From Candidatus Saccharimonadota bacterium (GTDB lineage Bacteria > Patescibacteriota > Gracilibacteria > UBA4473): 32,000 nucleotides of DNA. Below the pieces are notes generated by a model, which was not told where the DNA came from, did not search any database, and saw only the letters and a list, made by a program, of their open reading frames with translations. The stretch covers positions 930,001 through 962,000 of the forward strand of contig JAUIFI010000001.1 in assembly GCA_030429505.1 (NCBI GenBank), written 5' to 3'. The position numbers and the translations under genes are program-made. Of the stretch, positions 15,183 through 22,594 are shown piece by piece. Position 1 is the first letter of the stretch. Each line of letters begins with the position of its first letter.

Positions 15183-16244
15183 TTATTCTCCTTGTGCTAA
15201 AGAATCTGTTTTAGGAACAGGTACAACTAAGGATCTTTCGAGCCTATCCATACCAAAGGTATCTTTCAAGGTCGCACGCCAAACATCATCAGCGGTAAAA
15301 TCAATCGCTTTCACAAAATCAACCGGTCCCAATTTTTTAAGTTGTTTGTCTTGTGTCTCTAGGCTCAGTAAAAGATCATCTGAAAGTCGGGAAAAAGACA
15401 TCGGACGAAGTAATGCCATAACTTTATTATTTCTATGTTTTCGTAAATAAACACCCAATAAGCTATCCTGCATAACATCTCGAAAGTGTTCTTCGATCAA
15501 ATAATCAGTATAAGCATACTTGCCTCCGGGCAAGAGGATTAAATCTAAATTCAATTTTTCTGAAACAAAATCGCGCTCAAAATCATGAATTACTCCATAT
15601 GCTTCGGTTAAAATTTCTTCAACTGTTTTAGATTCATTGGTTTTATTTTCAACATAAAAAGTTTTTTTGCCCGACAAAAATGCTACATGCGTTTGGGGTA
15701 AAAATTGTGGATTGTGACTGACATAATCCAGATAATTCGAGAAACGGTATAAAAAACCAATCACGCCAATAGGACGTTCCTGTGCTTCAATAATCTCATA
15801 GAGCTTTCGAAAGTGTTCTACTCGCTGAGATCTCTGATCATAAGGATAATATAAATTATTATCTCGATGCACTTCATTTTCAGGAACTCTCCATTCAAGC
15901 GTTAAAAATTTCTGGTTCTCCTTTTTAAGTTGTAACTCCCAAGCACTTCCATACATTCTTTCTCCCATTACCCTTCCAAATCGAAGCCAAAAAATCTCAT
16001 TTACAAACTTCGCACAATGTGCTGCTCCAGGCTGAACAGCCTCAGAGGCTTTTTCAAAAAAAGTATTAAAAAGGCTATGATGAGGGGAAATCTGAAAAGG
16101 AATCGCTAAAGTCGTTTCAGAGGTTTCCTGTATTGTGTTCGGCGCAGGAGTCACCGAAGCTTTAATCGATATACGAGGTGTCGCAAAGACATTTTGAGAG
16201 AAAAGAATAAAACCTACCAAGTACAAACGAGTCCAATATTTCAT
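15183..16244 (-). CDS. Secreted hypothetical protein (353 aa)
   Basis: The signal peptide MKYWTRLYLVGFILFSQNVFA is followed by a mature domain with no firm motif. There is a weak papain-fold-like pairing of C77 (GAAHCAKFV) with H186 (THVAF), which I do not rely on. The gene has its own consensus promoter. Confidence 0.7.
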   Translation of the reverse strand: MKYWTRLYLVGFILFSQNVFATPRISIKASVTPAPNTIQETSETTLAIPFQISPHHSLFNTFFEKASEAVQPGAAHCAKFVNEIFWLRFGRVMGERMYGSAWELQLKKENQKFLTLEWRVPENEVHRDNNLYYPYDQRSQRVEHFRKLYEIIEAQERPIGVIGFLYRFSNYLDYVSHNPQFLPQTHVAFLSGKKTFYVENKTNESKTVEEILTEAYGVIHDFERDFVSEKLNLDLILLPGGKYAYTDYLIEEHFRDVMQDSLLGVYLRKHRNNKVMALLRPMSFSRLSDDLLLSLETQDKQLKKLGPVDFVKAIDFTADDVWRATLKDTFGMDRLERSLVVPVPKTDSLAQGE

Positions 16245-16269
16245 AAGATTAAAAAATAAAATGTTTTTG

Positions 16270-16298
16270 ATTATAAAACATATTTACAAAACAGTCAA
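16270..16298 (-). promoter_or_regulatory. Sigma70-type promoter for the 353-aa secreted-protein gene
   Basis: The minus strand reads TTGACT (complement of 16293-16298), a 17-nt spacer, then TATAAT (16270-16275). The ATG lies 25 nt downstream. Confidence 0.55.
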
Positions 16299-16464
16299 TT
16301 TATTTTTATAAAAAATAATCCAGATGTATTTGTATTTTCACATGAAATTAATGTAAGCTGATAGAGCTATTTACAGTAACAGTTAAATGTGCCTTTGAAT
16401 ATCACTTTTGGATGAAAAAAGTGATAAAAAAGGCTATTTTCCAGCTATTTGGGCAGGGTGAAAT

Positions 16465-16842
16465 ATGAGAAGCGACGAATTGGTTTTCGATTATGACTTT
16501 TTAGGAATACATGATGAGGAAGATGGTCGGAAATTAACTACCGAAGAAGAATTTCTCATTACAATGTATGAAACTCGTCAACCTGTTAAGATTTTAACAA
16601 ATGGAGGGTGGAGGAGGGCTCAGATAATGCAAATAGTAAGAGCAAGGGACAATACTATTTCAGTAAATGTTCGTTGTCCCGATTTAGAAGCTTCGGAAGG
16701 CTTCACTTGTGCTATTGGTGCTAATGATTTCCTATTGTGGCAACGATTCTCACAATACGGAGCATTTCAAAAAATTTCAGCAAAAGTATTCATGTTATTC
16801 ACATGGGCAAGACGAAAGTTAATAACATGGAATACAAAATAA
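16465..16842 (+). CDS. Hypothetical protein (125 aa)
   Basis: A solitary plus-strand ORF in a gap between minus-strand genes, followed by a terminator hairpin. No motif is recognised. Confidence 0.5.
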   Translation: MRSDELVFDYDFLGIHDEEDGRKLTTEEEFLITMYETRQPVKILTNGGWRRAQIMQIVRARDNTISVNVRCPDLEASEGFTCAIGANDFLLWQRFSQYGAFQKISAKVFMLFTWARRKLITWNTK

Positions 16843-16859
16843 ACATTCTACGTAACACG

Positions 16860-16888
16860 GGTGTCTTGCACAAGACACCTGTATTTTT
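16860..16888 (+). terminator. Rho-independent terminator
   Basis: Stem ggtgtctt (16860-16867), loop gcac, stem aagacacc (16872-16879), then tgtattttt. It lies between convergent gene ends at 16842 and 16890. Confidence 0.6.
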
Positions 16889-16889
16889 A

Positions 16890-17285
16890 CTATTTTAAAA
16901 ACTTCTCTTTATCCTCTATGTACCCATCTCTTTCCGCGAAATGTGTTGAGGAAAAACACAACAGCACCGCATCATCTGAAAAGTTTTTAAACTCATGCCA
17001 ACAATGATTATGCACTAATAGTCCCTTATTTTTCTGATCTAAAATAATTTCCTGATCACCCGAGCCATCATTAACTACCGCCTTTACACTTCCTGAAGCG
17101 GCTACAAAGACCTCTTTTTCTTCTCTATGTGCATGTTCACCACGAACAATGCTGTCTTTTCCTGTAATTAAATACACTCGTTTTACCTCAAAAGGAAAAT
17201 TTTCATCAAATTCAAAAGGAATAGTTTCGCCTTTCTCATCTGAAAAATACGGAAAATCGATGAGTTCAAATTTTTTCATAAACAC
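16890..17285 (-). CDS. FdtA/WxcM-like cupin sugar 3,4-ketoisomerase (dTDP-4-dehydro-6-deoxyhexose isomerase family)
   Basis: 131 aa. The sequence VKRVYLITGKDSIVRGEHAHREEKEVFVAASGSVKAVVNDG…EIILDQ…GLLVHNHCWHEFKNFSDDAVLLCFSS aligns block-for-block with my recollection of FdtA (RVYYIF…PRGFHAHKKLEQVLVCLNGS…WHEMHDFS). Confidence 0.8.
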   Translation of the reverse strand: MFMKKFELIDFPYFSDEKGETIPFEFDENFPFEVKRVYLITGKDSIVRGEHAHREEKEVFVAASGSVKAVVNDGSGDQEIILDQKNKGLLVHNHCWHEFKNFSDDAVLLCFSSTHFAERDGYIEDKEKFLK

Positions 17286-17290
17286 TATCC

Positions 17291-19456
17291 TTATTGAAAC
17301 ACTTCCCTGTAATTTTGTAAAAACTCTTTCTCATCAAACTCCTTCTCCACCCACGCTTGCATCGACTTCTTATCTTCGTTAGTAAGTGATTTTTGAGTAG
17401 CAGCAAAGATCTGTTTGCCAAAAGCAGGAAGGGGGTTTTTCAGATCTTTCTTCACTGGGAAAAAATATTTCTTCGGTAAAATTTCTTCAAAAACATCCAG
17501 ATTAAACGCTACGACTGGTACTCCAAAATAAATAGCTTCCAAAGTCGTCAAACCAAAGCCTTCACGAGGGGAGCAATTGAGACAAACATCAGCATGCTTA
17601 TAAATCGACGCAATAGAATTCTGGGGTGGCTCCACAAAAACCATTTTCTCTCCAGCCTTACGATTAATCTCTTTCGCTCGTTTTTGAAGAGAATTTTCTT
17701 CAAAACCTTCTCCAAAAAGAAAAAATCGCATATGAGTCATATCTAAATCTGTCACCAAAAAATTAGCAATATCAAGAACTAGGTGAGGGCGCTTGTCAAA
17801 GTTGTACCGCCCCAAAAACACAATATTTTTTTGCTGAGAAGAATTTTTGTGAAAGAGGGAAAGGTCTGATATTGGCTGTGCCTTCAAAAATTCGCTATCA
17901 AGAGTATTTCGAATCAAAATAATTTTCTGATCCATATGTTCTATGTTTTTTTCAAACCGATTTTTTACACTTTTCGACACACAAATAACGTGATCCAAAA
18001 ATGGAAAGAAAAGCTCAGCAAATTTCAAAAAATCAAAATTTTCATCCCAACCATGAAGCGATGTCGAAATAGAAAGATGGGGAAAGTCAGTCTTTAATTG
18101 CGGAATTAACTTAAACGCAAATACAGAATTAATAATCAAGATATTTCGTATATTCAAAGTCTGAATTTTATCATATACAAACTGAATTTTATCTACCTTT
18201 TTTTCAAATAAGTGAGATAAATGATAAACAGTCGCATACTGAGCAAATTTACTATGAAGGGTTTGCTTGTGTTGTTCGGTAGTGATAAGAATGAAATGAA
18301 ACTCAGGACTTAACTTTCGTAGCACGTGTAACATTACTGTCTCCACGCCACCCACAGGAATCCAAGGCATAAAAATCAATACAGTTCTCTGTTTTTTGTC
18401 ATCCTGAACTCGTTTCAGGATCTCTGAAAAAGAGAATGAGTTTTGAGCATTTACTTTCTTCACCGGAAAAAAATCAGAAAACTTTGTATGTTCTGCTATC
18501 AAATCGCGCTTGAATTTCGAATTAATCTTTTGTCTGATTTTAACCGGAATCATCAATTGAAGACATTTTTGAGGGGACTTTTTCCAATGTTTTTTTTCCA
18601 AAAGTTCAGCTTCGTAAAACTTCAGTCCAACTTTTTGTAAGGATTGAGGAAGCTTATGAAATACTTTGGTCTGAATTTTTTTTTCATCTTTTTGTTTTGG
18701 TCTAACCGATGACCATTGAGCTCTGAGCTTCGCTACATTCCACCATCGAAAAAGATCGCGATGACGCTTTTTTAGTTTTCGAACCAATGACGCGTATTGT
18801 TTTTGAACGTTTTTAAGTCGTATGTTTTCTGCCTGACGGTACCAGAAAAGGGGTTCAGGCAAGCAATAACCATAATGACCTTTTTTTCCCATTCGCAACC
18901 AAAAATCCCAGTCTTCGCTTTCGTTTTTGTTCAATTTCTCGTCAAAACCCTTCACATCTTCAAAGGCTTTTCGGCGTATCATCGCACAGTAGGGAAGTTT
19001 ATTCTGCAACAAAAGCTCATAAAAATTGTAAGGATCAAGCGTTTGATGTACGTCTTCATTTTTTCCAAAATGTTGAATATAGGAGTACACAAAAGAGACG
19101 TCTTTTTTCTGGTTCAAAAGTAGAAGTGCTTTCTCTACAAAAGTAGGATCAATTTGATCATCACTATCAAGAAAAAGTAAGAAATCTCCCTTCGAGTCAT
19201 CTACTCCCAGATTTCGAGCCTTTGCGGGACCACTATTTTTAGGAGTTTTCAGTACAGAGAGTTTTGGATATTTTTTCTGGAGAATTTTCAATTTTTCAAG
19301 AGATGTTTTTTCAGTTGAACAGTCATCCACAAGAATGATTTCAAGATTTGACCACGTTTGATCTATAGCACTCATCACCGCGTCTTCGATATATTTCCCA
19401 TGATTGAAGTAGGGAAGGATGACAGAAACGAGAGGCTTTTTAGCAGTGTTTTTCAT
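17291..19456 (-). CDS. Bifunctional glycosyltransferase: N-terminal GT2 module fused to a C-terminal GT4 (GT-B) module
   Basis: 721 aa. The GT2 part shows VSVILPYFNHGKYIEDAVMSAIDQT…IILVDDCS…FLDSDD. The GT4 part starts at RTVLIFMPWIPVGGVETV and ends with EGFGLTTLEAIYFGVPVVA. A REP-like hairpin is encoded in-frame at the junction. Confidence 0.85.
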   Translation of the reverse strand: MKNTAKKPLVSVILPYFNHGKYIEDAVMSAIDQTWSNLEIILVDDCSTEKTSLEKLKILQKKYPKLSVLKTPKNSGPAKARNLGVDDSKGDFLLFLDSDDQIDPTFVEKALLLLNQKKDVSFVYSYIQHFGKNEDVHQTLDPYNFYELLLQNKLPYCAMIRRKAFEDVKGFDEKLNKNESEDWDFWLRMGKKGHYGYCLPEPLFWYRQAENIRLKNVQKQYASLVRKLKKRHRDLFRWWNVAKLRAQWSSVRPKQKDEKKIQTKVFHKLPQSLQKVGLKFYEAELLEKKHWKKSPQKCLQLMIPVKIRQKINSKFKRDLIAEHTKFSDFFPVKKVNAQNSFSFSEILKRVQDDKKQRTVLIFMPWIPVGGVETVMLHVLRKLSPEFHFILITTEQHKQTLHSKFAQYATVYHLSHLFEKKVDKIQFVYDKIQTLNIRNILIINSVFAFKLIPQLKTDFPHLSISTSLHGWDENFDFLKFAELFFPFLDHVICVSKSVKNRFEKNIEHMDQKIILIRNTLDSEFLKAQPISDLSLFHKNSSQQKNIVFLGRYNFDKRPHLVLDIANFLVTDLDMTHMRFFLFGEGFEENSLQKRAKEINRKAGEKMVFVEPPQNSIASIYKHADVCLNCSPREGFGLTTLEAIYFGVPVVAFNLDVFEEILPKKYFFPVKKDLKNPLPAFGKQIFAATQKSLTNEDKKSMQAWVEKEFDEKEFLQNYREVFQ
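18398..18424. repeat. REP-like hairpin embedded in-frame inside the GT2-GT4 coding sequence
   Basis: The sequence gtcATCCTGAActcgtTTCAGGATctc is 24/27 identical to the copy at 7114-7140. On the minus strand it is translated as …SEILKRVQDDKK…. Confidence 0.8.
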
Positions 19457-20159
19457 ACTGTGAAATGACGTCGGAAGGGAGACCAGATAGTCTGATTTTT
19501 CCGTGTTCCAGCCATATCACACGATCGGCGAGCTGTCGAATTTTTTCCAAATTATGGGAGACAAGCAGCACAGTTTTGCCCTGTTTCTTCCAATCACTCA
19601 AGACAGTGTCGCATTTTTGCTGAAAGTTTTGGTCGCCGACAGCAATGATCTCATCCAACAATAAAATATCTCCATCTATCTCTCTCACCAAAGCAAAAGC
19701 CAGGCGTAGTCTCATGCCTGAAGACAAATTTTTCAGTTTCGTATCTTGAAAAGATTCAATATCGGCAAATTGTAAAATCGTAAGTCTTTTTGTTTTTAAA
19801 ACTTGATGAGAAAGTCCAAGTAAAACACCATTTAAAAATATATTTTGATTCACCGTCAGCTCATCATCAAAACCAATCCCCAATCCGAGAAGTGGAGTGA
19901 CTTTTCCGTTGACTTTGTAAGTGCCATTGTGAGCCGGTAAAATACCGGATAAAATACGAAGTAGTGTTGATTTTCCAGAACCATTTTTGCCTATCACGCC
20001 AATCCATTCCCCCTTTTTTACAGAGAAAGAAATGTCGTCTAGGGCGTGAAAATTTTCGTATTCCAGTCTCTGAAAGAGTTTCAAAAAGTGATCGCGGAGC
20101 TTGTCTCGTTTCTCGTGTGGGATGAGAAATTGTTTGGAGATATTTTGAACGGTAATCAT
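19440..20159 (-). CDS. ABC transporter ATP-binding protein, polysaccharide/teichoic-acid export type (Wzt/TagH-like, short form)
   Basis: 239 aa. Walker A is GKNGSGKST, the signature motif is LSSGMRLRLAFA, and Walker B is ILLLDE. The gene overlaps the downstream GT gene by 17 nt. Confidence 0.9.
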   Translation of the reverse strand: MITVQNISKQFLIPHEKRDKLRDHFLKLFQRLEYENFHALDDISFSVKKGEWIGVIGKNGSGKSTLLRILSGILPAHNGTYKVNGKVTPLLGLGIGFDDELTVNQNIFLNGVLLGLSHQVLKTKRLTILQFADIESFQDTKLKNLSSGMRLRLAFALVREIDGDILLLDEIIAVGDQNFQQKCDTVLSDWKKQGKTVLLVSHNLEKIRQLADRVIWLEHGKIRLSGLPSDVISQYEKHC

Positions 20160-20161
20160 GA

Positions 20162-20917
20162 TTAAATACTTTCACAGACAGAAGGAATTTTTTTCCGAAA
20201 AAAAATCCATCCTATTCCAAACATAAGAAAACTCACCCCCGCTAAAGATAGTATTTGAAAGAATTTTGGTATACTTCCCAAAATCAAAACCTCTCTTGCG
20301 AAAGTAATAATTTGTGCCAAAGGATTAAGCCACAAGATGTTATGCCATGGTTCAGGAACCATACCCAAAGGATAAAATATAGGAACCAAATAAAAAAGAA
20401 TCGTTATCACCAACATCCAAACTTCTCCTGTATCACGCCAACGGGACATAAAGATACTCAGAAAAAAAGAACATCCTAAAACCAAAGCAAGAAGACACAA
20501 GATTAAAAATAAAAAAATCAGCATTCCCAGTATCGAAATCATAACTCCATACCACCACAGAAATAAACCAAAAACAATCAAACCAAACACAAAATGAATG
20601 CCAGCATTGAGTACAGATGAGAATACCAATAAAGATTTTTCAAAAGGAATGTTATTGATAAGATGTCTTTTATTGATCAGAGCGTGAAGACCAAAAGTCG
20701 TACCATCACTAAAAAATTGAAATAAAAGTATTCCGAGTAAAAGATAGAGGGGAAAGTGAGGAATATCTTGTCGAAAAATAGAGAAGACAATGAGAAGTAC
20801 ACCAAAAATCACAAAAGGCTTTAAAAATACCCACACAAATCCCAGGACAGAGTTTTGGTACCGAAGAATAAAATCAGTTTTGAGAAATGTTCCTAAAATT
20901 TCAAGATTTTTTTTCAT
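20162..20917 (-). CDS. ABC-2 type transporter permease (Wzm/TagG-like)
   Basis: 251 aa with about 6 TM helices. It lies immediately upstream of the ATPase gene (2-nt gap), which is the typical Wzm-Wzt pairing. Confidence 0.8.
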   Translation of the reverse strand: MKKNLEILGTFLKTDFILRYQNSVLGFVWVFLKPFVIFGVLLIVFSIFRQDIPHFPLYLLLGILLFQFFSDGTTFGLHALINKRHLINNIPFEKSLLVFSSVLNAGIHFVFGLIVFGLFLWWYGVMISILGMLIFLFLILCLLALVLGCSFFLSIFMSRWRDTGEVWMLVITILFYLVPIFYPLGMVPEPWHNILWLNPLAQIITFAREVLILGSIPKFFQILSLAGVSFLMFGIGWIFFRKKIPSVCESI

Positions 20918-20927
20918 GTCAGATATA

Positions 20928-20939
20928 CCTCAGGATGAC
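20928..20939. repeat. Truncated REP-like terminus in the 5' leader of the ABC permease gene
   Basis: The minus strand reads gtcatcctgagg, 10 nt upstream of the permease ATG. It matches the first 12 nt of the unit at 3889 (gtcattctgagg) with one mismatch. No partner arm is present. Confidence 0.3.
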
Positions 20940-21075
20940 AGAGGCAATAAAATGTATCAATTGACAAATGCAGGAACAATATTGTAAAAGGTTGTATGGT
21001 ATTTTGATGAAAACAAATGAATAAAATCAAAATACTTAACTTTTTTGCTCTTTTATTTTGCTATAGAGGTATTTC

Positions 21076-21459
21076 GTGGATAATTTTACATTTTCTGACA
21101 TTGATTCTGTGTTCATTCGCAGTTCTCACAATTCCCTAACATCTCTACAAGAGGAAGCAGAAATTTCTTGGGATACCGAAATTGAAATGGAGGATGGTAT
21201 CTTGAGAATTCCTTACTCTTTTCTAAAAGAAAGCGATATATGTCCAGATGTTTATCTAGTATTTAGCTTTAACGGGGAAAAGACGAAATTTTCTGAAAAA
21301 GAGTTAATGATAAGTGTTCGGAGTTCAGAAGAAGGAAGTTTTACTCAAATAGATATCAAATGGAAAAACATTAAGGCTTGGAGGAGATTTAAGAAAGCCT
21401 TGGAAGATCTGTATCCAGAGAACAGAAATAACCAAATAGTTTGGAGTAAATTACAATAA
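21076..21459 (+). CDS. Hypothetical protein (127 aa, GTG start)
   Basis: A solitary plus-strand ORF followed by a strong terminator. No motif is recognised. Confidence 0.5.
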   Translation: MDNFTFSDIDSVFIRSSHNSLTSLQEEAEISWDTEIEMEDGILRIPYSFLKESDICPDVYLVFSFNGEKTKFSEKELMISVRSSEEGSFTQIDIKWKNIKAWRRFKKALEDLYPENRNNQIVWSKLQ

Positions 21460-21505
21460 TAAACTCTAGAATCCAAAAGTAGATAAAGAAAGCACAATGA
21501 ATACA

Positions 21506-21544
21506 CCGAGAACTGAAACCATTAGTCAGTTCTCGGTTTTTTTT
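21506..21544 (+). terminator. Rho-independent terminator overlapping the 3' end of the convergent GT4 gene
   Basis: A perfect 11-bp stem: ccgagaactga (21506-21516), loop aaccattag, tcagttctcgg (21526-21536), then T8 (21537-21544). The right arm and T-run encode the last codons (…KKTEN*) of the minus-strand GT4 gene. Confidence 0.75.
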
Positions 21545-22593
21545 AAAACTTTATCATATTCTTCCAACATTTTTTCTCTCGAAAATTTTCTCATCGCAAA
21601 TTCACGGTTCTTTTTTCCTTCCATCTCTAACACTTCATATTTCCCCGCCAAAGCTTTCAGTTTTTTAACCAATGCATCTCTGTCTCTGGGAGGGATCAAA
21701 AAATCTAGAGATAGAATGTTCGCATTTTCTCCTACATCACTTGCCAGCACTGCCCGACCATTCGCACAACTTTCCAAAACAGCCATCGATACACTTTCTG
21801 ACCAACTGGGCAGTATAATCACGTCAGCTGACTGGATTTTTTTATTCATCTTTTCGTGAGCGATTTCCCCTGTCCACATGACATTTGCAAGATTCTTTAC
21901 TTTAAAAAGTGGACCTGATCCCACTAGTTCAAAATTCCATTCAGAGCATTTTTCGGCAGCTTCGATAATTTCCAGAATACCTTTTTCGCGAACCAGTCTT
22001 CCGAAAAAAAGAGCTTTGTTTTTTCCTGGAGGCGTTTGGATATTTTCAGGAATATCGACGCCAGTAGAAATAATCTGGATATTTTGGGCTCCTAATTTTC
22101 GCACAAATATTTCTCCAGTTTTTGACATAATCACCACCGTATCTGCATGACGAAAAATCCATCGTCCTAGTATTTCATCAAAAATGCGAGCAGAAAATTT
22201 TACGAATGAATTACAAGAAGTCACAAAATTCTGTCCATGTTCTACGTGTATCCACTTTCGATTAGGAAAATTTTTTTTGAAATATCTTCCGGCTAAAAAG
22301 CTCGTCAGAAAAAAACGAGTATGAGTAAAAAGCACATCAGGATTTCTTTCCAAAATTCGTCTCGAAAATCCCCATTGAGGAAGAGAATACTGATCTTTGA
22401 GAATGGTACATGAGGGATGCCTCATAACCTTTATTTTCTCTACAAGCTCTTTTACAGGGAGGTTTTTTGAATATTGCAATGTAAGTATAGAAACATTATT
22501 TGTTTTGGATTGATGGGTTGCAACATCTAGGACTAGGTTTTCTAAGCCTCCAATAAAAGGGTGAAAGTGGGTTGTGACATGAAGGATGTTCAT
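21526..22593 (-). CDS. Glycosyltransferase family 4 (GT-B fold)
   Basis: 355 aa. The N-terminus is MNILHVTTHFHPFIGGLENLV, and the C-terminal region contains the E(x7)E-type sequence PSWSESVSMAVLESCANGRAVLAS. The start lies 1 nt after the class B PBP stop. Confidence 0.85.
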   Translation of the reverse strand: MNILHVTTHFHPFIGGLENLVLDVATHQSKTNNVSILTLQYSKNLPVKELVEKIKVMRHPSCTILKDQYSLPQWGFSRRILERNPDVLFTHTRFFLTSFLAGRYFKKNFPNRKWIHVEHGQNFVTSCNSFVKFSARIFDEILGRWIFRHADTVVIMSKTGEIFVRKLGAQNIQIISTGVDIPENIQTPPGKNKALFFGRLVREKGILEIIEAAEKCSEWNFELVGSGPLFKVKNLANVMWTGEIAHEKMNKKIQSADVIILPSWSESVSMAVLESCANGRAVLASDVGENANILSLDFLIPPRDRDALVKKLKALAGKYEVLEMEGKKNREFAMRKFSREKMLEEYDKVLKKTEN

Positions 22594-22594
22594 T

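Noticed and set aside
16401-16425. A 9-bp AU-rich hairpin (atcactttt…aaaagtgat) in the 220-nt gap upstream of the 125-aa ORF, considered as a possible riboswitch or sRNA.
   Set aside because: It is a single weak AU stem with no flanking conserved-looking structure, promoter or terminator. That is insufficient evidence.
3889-20939. Recurring short palindromic repeats raised the possibility of a CRISPR array.
   Set aside because: The copies are scattered over 17 kb at irregular positions and in both orientations. They have no uniform spacers, and no cas genes are present.
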